A DNA stretch of 62,169 nucleotides. Source: a candidate division WOR-3 bacterium. Lineage in GTDB: Bacteria; Hydrothermota; Tepidihabitantia; Tepidihabitantales; Tepidihabitantaceae. Under the pieces are notes generated by a model. It was not told the DNA's origin. It worked only from the letters and a program-made list of their open reading frames with translations, and did no database searches. Shown in pieces: positions 17,985-28,499 of this stretch (positions are counted from its first letter, which is position 1; each line of letters starts with the position of its first letter). Where the stretch lies: contig CBFGJX010000016.1 of NCBI GenBank assembly GCA_965649225.1, positions 1-62,169 of the forward strand, written 5' to 3'. Position numbers and translations under genes: made by a program.

Positions 17985-19168
17985 TGACCGTCCTCCCCGC
18001 TGGCAGCAAGGTAAAGGTCGGCCACCACCGCGCCGGGCAGCCGAACCAGCCGGCCAAGCCAGCCGTGTCCGGCCGCACGCGCCCGCACCGCCTGCTGGGC
18101 GGAGCGCACCATCACCGGGAAAGCCGCCCATGTCGCAGCCACTGCCGTGGCGATCGATTCGGTCCTCAACCCCAACCGACGGAGCGGCGCCAGCAGCCGC
18201 GCCAGACCGAAGCCAACATCGGCCGGTGTGGTGACCAGCATCAGCAGTCGCGCGGCCAGAAACAGCACCAGCAGTCGGGCAGCGAAAACTCCCCCCTGAA
18301 TCAACCCGGCCTCGGTGATGCGCACCGGTCCGAGTTGCAGCACGATTCGGCCCCAAGGAGAAAACAGCGCCGGCAGAAGCAACGCGGCTCCGACCAGCGG
18401 CCAGGCCGGGCGCAGTCCGGCCAGCAGTTTTGCGAGCCGCACGCGACCGAACACCGCAAGGCTCCAGAGCGCGGCAAACACCGTTGCGTAGACCCAGACC
18501 CGGTCTGTGATTACCAGCACCAGCGCGATAACCGCGGTGGCCGCGACCTTGTATTCGGGAGCGACCCGCTCCAGCGGGCCGGGTGCCGGCAATCGCAGAT
18601 TCTCTGCTGACGCGGCGTCACCGCTCCGCAGCCGCCTTCGGCCACCGGTCGCTTCGGCGATGCGACCAAGTGCGTGCGCGGCGATGAAACCGGTCAACAA
18701 CCCGGCCCCGACCGCAAACACCACCAGCCACGGAGCAAGCCGCACTACCGCACTGCTGCGAACAAAGAGCAGGTAAACCAGTACCACCTGCGCCAGCGTG
18801 TGCGCGACGGCACCAGCCACACTCACCCCGATGATGCCCAGACCCGGCAGCCGCCGGGCCAGCAGGTAGCCCGCACCCATCACCACCGCACTTGCCACCC
18901 CGCCGCCGAGCGAAAGAAAGAACGCCGGTCCCAAAAACGTCCCCAGCACCAGCGAGCTGACCAGTGTCCGCAACACCGCCAGTTGCAGGCCGCTGCCCGG
19001 TCCGAGTTCGGCAATCGCCACGAGAGTAAAAACATTGGCCAGGCCCAGCCGCACTCCGGGCAGTGGATGGGGAAGCAGTGACTCGGCCACCTGCAGCGCA
19101 CCGGCACAGGCCGCCAGCAGGGACAGCCGTGCGCCGGGCGCATCTCGGAACGGCTCCGCGCTCACCAA
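17981..19168 (-). CDS. Gx transporter (EetB-like) fused to an EcfT/CbiQ-like membrane domain
   Basis: N-terminal ESLLPHPLPGVRLGLAN...GAVAHTLAQ; C-terminal LERVAPEYKV...TTPADVGFGLARLLAPL. Confidence 0.8.
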   Translation of the reverse strand: MVSAEPFRDAPGARLSLLAACAGALQVAESLLPHPLPGVRLGLANVFTLVAIAELGPGSGLQLAVLRTLVSSLVLGTFLGPAFFLSLGGGVASAVVMGAGYLLARRLPGLGIIGVSVAGAVAHTLAQVVLVYLLFVRSSAVVRLAPWLVVFAVGAGLLTGFIAAHALGRIAEATGGRRRLRSGDAASAENLRLPAPGPLERVAPEYKVAATAVIALVLVITDRVWVYATVFAALWSLAVFGRVRLAKLLAGLRPAWPLVGAALLLPALFSPWGRIVLQLGPVRITEAGLIQGGVFAARLLVLFLAARLLMLVTTPADVGFGLARLLAPLRRLGLRTESIATAVAATWAAFPVMVRSAQQAVRARAAGHGWLGRLVRLPGAVVADLYLAASGEDGQ

Positions 19169-19180
19169 GCCGCACCCCTG

Positions 19181-19555
19181 TCAGTAACTCTCGGCATCGA
19201 TGCCGACCGGTTTCCCGGTTACTTCGACCGCGACGCGGTTCGGCACACAGACGATTGTCCGGCCCGGTTGTCTGACCCAGCCGGTATGCCGGCATATCCC
19301 TTTCGGACAATCCGACTCGGCCACCCGGACGGCACCGCCGCGGATTTCGATGACCACGCCGCTGTTGAGCTTCACCCGCGCGTCCCGGTCCAGCCGGTAC
19401 ACGCCAACCAGCCGGCCCGTCTGTGTAATCCGAACCGCGGCCGGTTCGGCCCGGCGCCGTGCCAGCAGTGTCCGCACCGGCAGAAAAATCAGCACCGCAA
19501 CCAGCACCGCATCCATTACACCCGGCCGGAGCAATCGCCGGCGGTCTTTTACCAT
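19181..19555 (-). CDS. NusG domain II-containing protein (Lin0431/EetA-like)
   Basis: ESDCPKGICRHTGWV...IVCVPNRV; N-terminal TM. Confidence 0.88.
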   Translation of the reverse strand: MVKDRRRLLRPGVMDAVLVAVLIFLPVRTLLARRRAEPAAVRITQTGRLVGVYRLDRDARVKLNSGVVIEIRGGAVRVAESDCPKGICRHTGWVRQPGRTIVCVPNRVAVEVTGKPVGIDAESY

Positions 19556-19599
19556 ACCGGAGCCTAGCGCAGGCAGGACTTATCGTCCAGCAACGAGAA

Positions 19600-19753
19600 G
19601 GCCGTGCAGGAGGCGCTCGACCGCGCCAGTTGCGGGGCCGCGAATCCTGTCCTTATGAAGATGAGATGGGCCGTGCAGGATTCGCTCTGGCGAGCCCCTT
19701 GCGAGCCAGCCGAATCCTGTTCCTGTGATATGGAATGGGCCGTGCAGGATTCG
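19600..19753 (-). repeat. tRNA-linked tandem repeats of the tRNA-Lys 3' end, 69-bp period
   Basis: GGCCGTGCAGGA at 19600, 19669 and 19738; 19666-19684 is identical to 19735-19753. Confidence 0.8.
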
Positions 19754-19808
19754 AACCTGCGGCCACCGGATTAAAAATCAGGTGCTCTGCCAACTGAGCT
19801 AACGGCCC
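19736..19808 (-). tRNA. tRNA-Lys(TTT)
   Basis: GGGCCGTTAGCTCAGTTGGCAGAGCACCTGATTTTTAATCCGGTGGCCGCAGGTTCGAATCCTGCACGGCCCA. Confidence 0.9.
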
Positions 19809-19892
19809 AACAAAGTCTCTGCCCACCGACCGGCGCCGATAACCGGCCCTCCGGGTCAGGTTACCCGCGTTCCAACCGGCGTCAAGCGGCAA

Positions 19893-19978
19893 TGCCGGGG
19901 GCCGGACTCGAACCGGCACGGCCCCAAAGGGCCAAGGGATTTTAAGTCCCTTGCGTCTGCCAGTTACGCCACCCCGGC
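19893..19978 (-). tRNA. tRNA-Leu(TAA)
   Basis: Cloverleaf with AGGGA-CTTAAAA-TCCCT anticodon arm and a long variable arm. Confidence 0.95.
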
Positions 19979-20038
19979 TCGGTTTCTCCGTCAGTCTAGT
20001 TGCTGTTCGCTGGAAGTCAAAAGTCGGGGACGGCAAAA

Positions 20039-20110
20039 AGGCGGCTTCGGGATTTGCACCCGAGTATTGCGATTTTGCAGACCGCTGCCTTACTACTTGG
20101 CTAAGCCGCC
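20039..20110 (-). tRNA. tRNA-Cys(GCA)
   Basis: GGCGGCTTAGCCAAG...GCGGT-CTGCAAA-ATCGC...AAGCCGCCT; U73 discriminator. Confidence 0.9.
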
Positions 20111-20120
20111 TTGCTGGGAA

Positions 20121-20193
20121 AGCGGGAGACGGGATTCGAACCCGCGACCCCTACCTTGGCAAGGTAGTGCTCTACCAACTGAGCTACTCCCGC
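20121..20193 (-). tRNA. tRNA-Gly(GCC)
   Basis: GCGGGAGTAGCTCAG...CTACC-TTGCCAA-GGTAG...GGTTCGAATCC. Confidence 0.96.
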
Positions 20194-20202
20194 ACGAGTT
20201 TG

Positions 20203-20275
20203 CGGCCCCAACGGGAGTCGAACCCGTGTCTTCACCTTGAAAGAGTGATGTCCTGAACCGCTAGACGATGGGGCC
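20203..20275 (-). tRNA. tRNA-Glu(TTC)
   Basis: GGCCCCATCGTCTAGCGG...TCACT-CTTTCAA-GGTGA...GGTTCGACTCC. Confidence 0.95.
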
Positions 20276-20339
20276 CATCACTCTCCCGGTCCTGGCCGGG
20301 GTGAGAGTTACCGGCTTCGTCCCGCCGGACTGCCTCACA

Positions 20340-20367
20340 AATCTATTTTCGCGCCGGGGAAAGTCAA
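20340..20367 (-). promoter_or_regulatory. Sigma70 promoter of the tRNA cluster
   Basis: TTGACT-16-TAGATT. Confidence 0.65.
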
Positions 20368-20369
20368 GG

Positions 20370-22154
20370 TCAGTACTGCAGCCCGTCGCGATAGTCTTTG
20401 ATCTCAGGCGTCTTGAGAAACTCGTTCAAGAGCATCTGGGCGATGTCGCTCTGCCGCCGCTGGACATACTCGTCGGTCGCGGTCGGGGTGTTTTCGGTCC
20501 GCTGGTTACAGCGAATGATAAATGCACCCCAGTCGGTCACTACCGGGCCGACCCGCTCGCCCTGCCGCAGCACGAGCAGCGCGCCGGCAAATTCAGCGCC
20601 CTTGCGCCGGCGGGCATCACTCAGCCCGACAAACTGCTCGTTCTGCAGTTCAACGCCTTTGTTTTCGGCCACGTAATCCTCAAAGCTCTTTCCCGCCCGC
20701 AGCGCCGCCACCGCCTCCTGCGCCTTGGCCTGCCACTGCTGCTTTTCTTTCTGCTGCCGGACGCGCCAGGCAGCGGCATTCTTCACTTTCTCGAAATCCG
20801 GCACCCCGGCCGGAACGACCTCGGCCAGCCGGAAGACATAGTAGCCCTGCCGGCCACGCACGGCCGTCGGCATCACTGCGCCCGGTTTGGCGCGTTTCGC
20901 CCACTGTTCAATCTGACTGGGACTGTCAAGGTCCATGCCGGCCAGGTTCAGCTTGCCGTCAATCATCGGCCGGGCCGGAATCACCGGCACTCCCCAGACT
21001 GTCGCCAGACTCTCGAACGGCATCTCGGCACTGCGCTCGATAAAACTGCGCACCGAATCGCGCAGCGCCGCCAGCGCCTCACCACCCTGCTTGAAGCGCA
21101 CGACAATCCGGCGCAGCGCCACCGATTCGCCCCGGACACTGTCGAGGACGATTATCTGCCAGCCGAAAGTTGTCCGGAACGGCGCGCTCACCTCGCCCGG
21201 CTTCAGCCGTTTCACTACCGTATCGGTCGCCGGGTCCAGCCGGGCGCGAGGGAATTTTATCGGGATGGTGTCGGGCGCCAGTTCGCTGTAATCCAGCATC
21301 GTCAGATTGAACGACTCCCCCGACTGCAGCTGGGCCCAAGCTTTTTCAATCTGCTCGCGCGCCTCGGCCGAATCCTGCGGGCTCATCTGCGTCATGAACA
21401 GCGCAAACTCCAGCCGCCGAACTTCCTTGCTCCTGAACTCGTCCTTGTGCTGGTCGTAGTACTGGCGGATTTCGGCCTCGGTCGGCTCGACCGTCGCCGG
21501 ATCAGCAACCACTCCGGGCCCGAAGTAAAGTGCCGTCACATCCCAGACGGTGTTCTCGGCGCCCAGATTGTCCTGAATCTCCAGTTGTGTCGGCCGCCAG
21601 GCACTGACGGCATCAATCCGGAATTTCTCCTTCGGCAGCATTTCCAGCAGATCCTGATAGTACTTGGCAAAAAACTGCCGGTTCTCCGGCCGGTTCATCA
21701 TCTCGACGTACTTCTGCTGGTCGAACTTGCCGTCGGTCATCAACTCGGGTCGGTCGCGCAGCTCCTCGGGCGGATTGGCCTGCATGATTTGTAGAATCTC
21801 TTCCTGCGTGACGCGAATGCGGGCGTCTTCGAGCACCTTGGCCCAGGTCAGTTCGCCGACCAGAAACTGCCAGGCCTGCTGTTCGATTGTGGCGTAGTCC
21901 TCGTTGGTAAGGTCACGCAGCCGGTTGTCGTTCTTGTACTTCTCGGTGATGTAGGCGATGGCGGCACGGTACTCTTCGGGACGAACCTGATGCTTGCCGA
22001 TTTCGGCAATCAACCCGCGGGTATCGGCGTTGCCCCGGCTGGAACCGCGCCGGGCGAGAATGTTCCAGAGCTCCGAACCCAGAAAGCCGAGAACGAACGC
22101 CGCGGCAACGACGATCATGATGATTCGGACGCGCTTGCGCATGGTGCTCAACAT
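20370..22154 (-). CDS. SurA/PpiD-like periplasmic chaperone with parvulin domains
   Basis: MLSTMRKR + TM anchor, GKFDQQKY, EIRQYYDQHKDEF, VSAPFRTTFGWQII. Confidence 0.88.
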   Translation of the reverse strand: MLSTMRKRVRIIMIVVAAAFVLGFLGSELWNILARRGSSRGNADTRGLIAEIGKHQVRPEEYRAAIAYITEKYKNDNRLRDLTNEDYATIEQQAWQFLVGELTWAKVLEDARIRVTQEEILQIMQANPPEELRDRPELMTDGKFDQQKYVEMMNRPENRQFFAKYYQDLLEMLPKEKFRIDAVSAWRPTQLEIQDNLGAENTVWDVTALYFGPGVVADPATVEPTEAEIRQYYDQHKDEFRSKEVRRLEFALFMTQMSPQDSAEAREQIEKAWAQLQSGESFNLTMLDYSELAPDTIPIKFPRARLDPATDTVVKRLKPGEVSAPFRTTFGWQIIVLDSVRGESVALRRIVVRFKQGGEALAALRDSVRSFIERSAEMPFESLATVWGVPVIPARPMIDGKLNLAGMDLDSPSQIEQWAKRAKPGAVMPTAVRGRQGYYVFRLAEVVPAGVPDFEKVKNAAAWRVRQQKEKQQWQAKAQEAVAALRAGKSFEDYVAENKGVELQNEQFVGLSDARRRKGAEFAGALLVLRQGERVGPVVTDWGAFIIRCNQRTENTPTATDEYVQRRQSDIAQMLLNEFLKTPEIKDYRDGLQY

Positions 22155-22192
22155 AGCCGGTGATTCTATCCTCAGGACGAGGATAGTCAAGA

Positions 22193-25100
22193 CTACCGCG
22201 GTTTATCTGGCCGGCGACGGCGTCCCGACGGCTGCGGTCGCCGCGTGCCAGCTGCCGGTGCCGGCGACGCGACCTCACGGGCAACCACCAGCACTGCCGG
22301 CCGCCCCTCCCACAGAAACGGAGAATTACGCACCTCGACCGCCAGCACGCTGCCGTCGCGGCGGACAAACCGCTCGACCACCGGCGGGCAGCTTTCGCCC
22401 CGTTCCACCACCGCCCGGATGCGCTCGGCGGCAAGCGGGCGGTCGTCGGGGTAGACAAAATCCATCACCGGCCGGCCCTTCACCTCGTCCGGGTTGCCAT
22501 AACCCGTGGCCCGGGCGGCGGCTTCATTGGCAAAGACCAGCCGGCCGTCCTGATGCACCGCGATGATATCGGGTGTCAGGGCAACCAGCCGCCGGTACCG
22601 CTCCTCGCTTTCCTGCAGCCGTTGTTTCAACTCCTGTTCATCGGTGACATCACGATGTGCCAGCACCAGACCAACGGTGCGGCCGCCGACCCGCATTGGC
22701 GTGGCAAGACCATGGATGTGGAAAGTCTTGCCGTCCGCGCCCTGGTAGCTGCCCTCATAGTCGGCAACGGTGCCAGCCAGGGCGGCGCGGAATGCGGCCT
22801 GAACCCCTTCCTTCAGTCCGGCCGGCACTTCGTCAATCAGCCGCCGCCCCTGCCACCATTCGGCCGGCTGACCACTCCGGCGCACAACCACACTGTTGAC
22901 AAACGTCACCCGCCCATCCAGGTCCAGAACGATGATGCCATCATCAAAGGAATTGAACACCGACTCAAAGCGGTCGCGCTCGCCGGCGAGCTCGTTGACC
23001 AGCCGCTGGGTATCGGTAATGTCGCGAACAACGGTCAGCACCCGGACTGTCCGGCCGGCTTCCAGTATCGGGGTCTTGGTGGTTTCGGTGACAAACAGCC
23101 GGTCGTCAACGAAAGTAGTTTCGATGGTCTTGAGCGGCGCGCCGGTCTCCAGCACCTGCCGGTATTCCTGCTCAACTTCCGGCCGCAGAAACGGCATCGC
23201 CTCACGCAGCGGCAATCCCCTGATATCGCCGGAACGGCCAAGCCGCTTCAGCCAGTCAGCCATGGCCTGGTTGACGATTACCAGCCGCAGGTCGGCATCG
23301 ACCACGGTCGCGGGTTCGGGCATGGCATCGAGCGCCGTACGGTAGTTCTGCTCCGAAGCCGCCAGCAGCGCCGCGGTCCGCTCATCGCCACCGACCTCCT
23401 CGGCAAAACCTTCGTAGCAGACGACGTTACCGTCGCGGTCGCGCACGACCCGGGCATTCTCGTGTACCAGCACGACCGAGCCGTCGCGCCGCTGCCAGAG
23501 TGAGCGCCAGCCGCGCAGCTCGCCAGTCCGCTCGATTGCGGCGCGAAACGCCGCGCGCTCACCGCCCGGTCCAAAGCCGTCCATTTCGAGATTGCGGCTT
23601 TTCAGCTCGGCTACCGAATCGAAACCGAGCAGCTCGGCCAGCGCCCGGTTGGCCATCAGAATCCTGCCGTCCGGCGTCGTCCGGTAGATACCGATCGGCG
23701 CGGTATCAAAGAACGAGCGGTAACGATGCTCGCTTTCCGCTATCTGCTCTTCGAGCCGCTTGCGGTCGGTAATGTCCAGCAGCGAGGCAACGCTGCGGCC
23801 GGTGCCGGCAATCATGTCCACCGTCAAAAGGCAGTGCCGCCGCCGGCCGGTGTGGTCGATGAATGTCGCCTCGTAGCTGCGCGGGACCGCTGCCGGATCG
23901 CTCGAACGGCGCAGATGGTGGTAGCTCAGCAGCCGTTCGCGGTCTTCCGGCGCAATGTAATCGGCCCAGCTCTTGCCGAGCACTTCCTCGCGCTTGAGCC
24001 CGAACAGCCGCTCGAATTCCTGGTTGACCATCACCACCGTGGTGTCGGCCTCGATGATCATGGTTGCCGCTGCCGTGGTCTCAAAAATCGCCCGGTACCG
24101 CTCGGCACTTGCCCGCAGCTCGTCCTCGGCCAGCTTGCGCTCGGTGACATCGCGGGTGAACGAGTAGATTCGCTTTTCGCCACCGGTTTCCGCGACAAAG
24201 GCCAGCAGGTCAACTGTCAGCCGCCGGCCGTCCTTGCGCACCATTGGCAGCGTACCCGACACCGGCTCGCCCCGGGCGAGCCGGGCCATTGCCCGCGCCG
24301 CCTGTTCACGCGCTTCCGGCGCCACAACATCGGTCAGCTTCATCTGCCGGACTTCTTCGGCACTGTAACCGTAGATATTCAGGCACGCCGGGTTGGCATC
24401 CAGCACCCGGCCTTCGATGTCGGCAATCACCACCGAATCGGTCGTGCTTTCAAACAGCAGCCGGTATTTTTCCTGCGATTCCCGCAGCGCCGCATCGGCA
24501 CGGCGCTGCTCGGTAACGTCCGCCGCCAGCCCGATGACCCCGACGATTTCACCCGACCGGTCGCGCAGCGGCTCAAGATAGCAATCAAATATCTCGCCGT
24601 TCCATTGAAACTCGTATCGTTCCGAACTGCCGCCAAGAGCGCGTCGGTGCGCCGCAATTGGCGGAAAATCAGGATCGGTGGTGCCGAAATAACGGAACAG
24701 GTTCCAGCCGACAACCTGATTCGGAGCGATTCCCAGTTTGGCAAGCCCGGCGCCAAGCGAAGAAGTAAACACCAGATTCCGGTCAACTGTCCACAATACT
24801 GCCGGCAGCTGTCGGACAATCATGTCCAGCCGGGCCTGACTCTGGCGCAGCTTCTCCTCGGCCAGTCGCTGTTCCGTAATGTCTTCAATCGTGCCGTCAA
24901 AGTACTGCGGTTTGCCATCCGGCCCCCGGACAGCCCGAATGCTGAACAGGGCAAGGTACTGGCTGCCGTCCGGGCGCTTCAACCACACCTCGAGCCTTTC
25001 CAGTCGTCCGGACTTCGTCAACTCATCAACAATCCGCTGCCGCTGGGTCGGGTCAACGTAGCAGTCAGCGACATTGACGCCGCGCATCTCTTCCTCGCTG

Positions 25101-26332
25101 GCATAGCCGGCAATGCGCACTGCCGCCGGATTGAGCGAAAGAAACCGGCCGTCCGGCGTGGTGCGGAAAATGCCAACCGGAACGTTGTCGCGCAGCGACT
25201 GCAAAGCGGCTTCTCGCTCGCGCAGCAGCGCCTCACTGCGGCGGCGCTCGGAAACATCGTGGCCGACGCAAAGCACTATCGGGCCGTTGCTGGTCTCGAC
25301 CAGCGAGATCGCCATGTCCAGCGTCAATTCGCTGCCCTCGGCCCCCTTTATCAGGATGTCGGCGCGCAGGCCGCCGGTGCGGGTCAACCGCTCGCGGGCT
25401 AGCGCCAGCCACTGGTCCTGCCCCTCGGCCAGCAGCGACTCGAATCTGCTGCCAATCAGCTCGTTGCGCGTCCGGCCGAGCAGTTCGCACGCCCGCCCGT
25501 TGACATCACGGACGACGAACCCGGCGGAAAGCACCAGCACGGCATCGCCGGAAGCCTCGAAAATCCGGCGGTAGCGGTACTCGCTTTCCCGAACCCGCTG
25601 CTCGGCGAGCTGCCGTTCGGTGATGTCGCGACCGATAAACAATGCCTGCTGACCGCCGTTGACCGGTATCAGCGATACCGACGCCTCAAGCGTGACTGCC
25701 CGGCCGGTGCGGGTCTGCATCGTCAGCACGCTCATCACCGACCCCCGCTGCCGCATCTGACCCAGCGCCAGCTCGGCAGCCCGGCGGGCGCCGGGCTCCA
25801 TCAGGTCGGCGAGGGAATGTGTCTTGAGTTCTTCGCGGGTGAAACCGCTAAGGTGAACCGCAGCCAGATTGGCATCGAGAATCCGCCCGTCGCTGTCCAG
25901 TACCATGACGATGTCACTGGAACCGTCAAACAAACGGCGGTACTTTTCCTCCGAGGACCGCACCGCTGCCGCTGCCTGGGCATAACCGGTAACATCGCGG
26001 CCGACCAGCACCGCACCGCCAATCTGGCCATTGCTGTCGGTACCGGCGGTGGCATAGACGTAGAGCGACAACCGGCTGCCGTCGCGGCGGGCACACTCCA
26101 GTCCGCCGGCAAAATCACGACCCGCCAGCACTGCCGGCAGGTCAATTACACCACTGCTGTCGCAGACGTCGGCCAGCGGCCGGCCGACAACCTCTGCCGG
26201 GTCAACCCCAAAGACCGCGCCTGCCTCGGGATTCAGCCAGATCACCCGGCTGTCGCGATCGACAACCAGGACGATGTCGCCGGCCTGGACATCGAAGCCG
26301 ACCTGCAGTGGCAGTTGACTGTCTGTTTCCAA
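22193..26332 (-). CDS. Multi-PAS domain protein (~11 PAS/PAC) with no recognisable output domain
   Basis: Repeated SEExYRxLFE linkers and RDITER PAC ends. Start tentatively TTG at 26332 after GGGGAG. Confidence 0.85.
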   Translation of the reverse strand: METDSQLPLQVGFDVQAGDIVLVVDRDSRVIWLNPEAGAVFGVDPAEVVGRPLADVCDSSGVIDLPAVLAGRDFAGGLECARRDGSRLSLYVYATAGTDSNGQIGGAVLVGRDVTGYAQAAAAVRSSEEKYRRLFDGSSDIVMVLDSDGRILDANLAAVHLSGFTREELKTHSLADLMEPGARRAAELALGQMRQRGSVMSVLTMQTRTGRAVTLEASVSLIPVNGGQQALFIGRDITERQLAEQRVRESEYRYRRIFEASGDAVLVLSAGFVVRDVNGRACELLGRTRNELIGSRFESLLAEGQDQWLALARERLTRTGGLRADILIKGAEGSELTLDMAISLVETSNGPIVLCVGHDVSERRRSEALLREREAALQSLRDNVPVGIFRTTPDGRFLSLNPAAVRIAGYASEEEMRGVNVADCYVDPTQRQRIVDELTKSGRLERLEVWLKRPDGSQYLALFSIRAVRGPDGKPQYFDGTIEDITEQRLAEEKLRQSQARLDMIVRQLPAVLWTVDRNLVFTSSLGAGLAKLGIAPNQVVGWNLFRYFGTTDPDFPPIAAHRRALGGSSERYEFQWNGEIFDCYLEPLRDRSGEIVGVIGLAADVTEQRRADAALRESQEKYRLLFESTTDSVVIADIEGRVLDANPACLNIYGYSAEEVRQMKLTDVVAPEAREQAARAMARLARGEPVSGTLPMVRKDGRRLTVDLLAFVAETGGEKRIYSFTRDVTERKLAEDELRASAERYRAIFETTAAATMIIEADTTVVMVNQEFERLFGLKREEVLGKSWADYIAPEDRERLLSYHHLRRSSDPAAVPRSYEATFIDHTGRRRHCLLTVDMIAGTGRSVASLLDITDRKRLEEQIAESEHRYRSFFDTAPIGIYRTTPDGRILMANRALAELLGFDSVAELKSRNLEMDGFGPGGERAAFRAAIERTGELRGWRSLWQRRDGSVVLVHENARVVRDRDGNVVCYEGFAEEVGGDERTAALLAASEQNYRTALDAMPEPATVVDADLRLVIVNQAMADWLKRLGRSGDIRGLPLREAMPFLRPEVEQEYRQVLETGAPLKTIETTFVDDRLFVTETTKTPILEAGRTVRVLTVVRDITDTQRLVNELAGERDRFESVFNSFDDGIIVLDLDGRVTFVNSVVVRRSGQPAEWWQGRRLIDEVPAGLKEGVQAAFRAALAGTVADYEGSYQGADGKTFHIHGLATPMRVGGRTVGLVLAHRDVTDEQELKQRLQESEERYRRLVALTPDIIAVHQDGRLVFANEAAARATGYGNPDEVKGRPVMDFVYPDDRPLAAERIRAVVERGESCPPVVERFVRRDGSVLAVEVRNSPFLWEGRPAVLVVAREVASPAPAAGTRRPQPSGRRRRPDKPR

Positions 26333-26417
26333 CTCTGGTCTCCCCAAAAACGCCTGCGGCCTAATTGTCAGCCTGCCGCCGGCCTTTGTCAAATCGCGGC
26401 TGCCGGACGGCGCCCGT

Positions 26418-27086
26418 CTAGCCGCCGGCGGCAATTTCGGCTATCGCGCTGGGTACGCCAACCAGGAAATCGGGCCGATACTCGCGCAACAGCCAGGCGG
26501 GTCGAAAGCCCCACGCTACGGCACAGGTGGCGCAGCCGGCACCGCGACCGGCGAGGATGTCCAGTTCCGAATCACCGACCATCAGTGCTGCGGCCGGCTC
26601 GGCCTCCAGTCCGGCAAGCGCCCGCAACACCGGCTCGGGGTCCGGTTTGTGTCGCTTCCCCTCCTGCCAGCCAACGACGCAGTCGAACCAGCCCGAAAGA
26701 CCCAGCGCCTGAACCGTAAAGTCGGCCTGATACTGATGTTTGGTCGTAACCACGCCGAGCCGCGCGCCCGCCGCCCGCAGCCGGTCAAGCAGCTCGGCGA
26801 CACCGGGAAAGATTACGGTGTTGTCGCAGAAGTGCCGGGCGTAATGTTCCCGGTAGCTGTCAACAAACCGACGCACCGCGGCGGGATCAGCCGCACAACC
26901 GAACGCCGGCAGAAAATCCTCCAGCGGCCGGCCCACCAGGGCCAGAATGTCGTCGTCGTCAACCGGCAGCTGGCAGCCAACCTGTTCAAGGGCATGCCTT
27001 ACCGAAGCAACCAGGTCGCGGCCAGAGTCAATCAGCGTGCCGTCCAGATCGAACAGCACAACCGGGTAGCGCAAACCCGACGGCAC
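26418..27086 (-). CDS. HAD-superfamily hydrolase (phosphoglycolate phosphatase/PpaX-like)
   Basis: FDLDGTLIDS, VVTTK, KPDPEP, MVGDSELDI. Confidence 0.9.
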   Translation of the reverse strand: MPSGLRYPVVLFDLDGTLIDSGRDLVASVRHALEQVGCQLPVDDDDILALVGRPLEDFLPAFGCAADPAAVRRFVDSYREHYARHFCDNTVIFPGVAELLDRLRAAGARLGVVTTKHQYQADFTVQALGLSGWFDCVVGWQEGKRHKPDPEPVLRALAGLEAEPAAALMVGDSELDILAGRGAGCATCAVAWGFRPAWLLREYRPDFLVGVPSAIAEIAAGG

Positions 27087-27116
27087 GCTTACCAGCTCAC
27101 CAGCGGCCTCGGACCG

Positions 27117-28495
<1,379 letters not shown>

Positions 28496-28499
<4 letters not shown>

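Noticed and set aside
19600..19753. CRISPR interpretation of the 69-bp-period repeats
   Set aside because: The repeat is the tRNA 3' end, there are only two extra units, and no cas genes are present.
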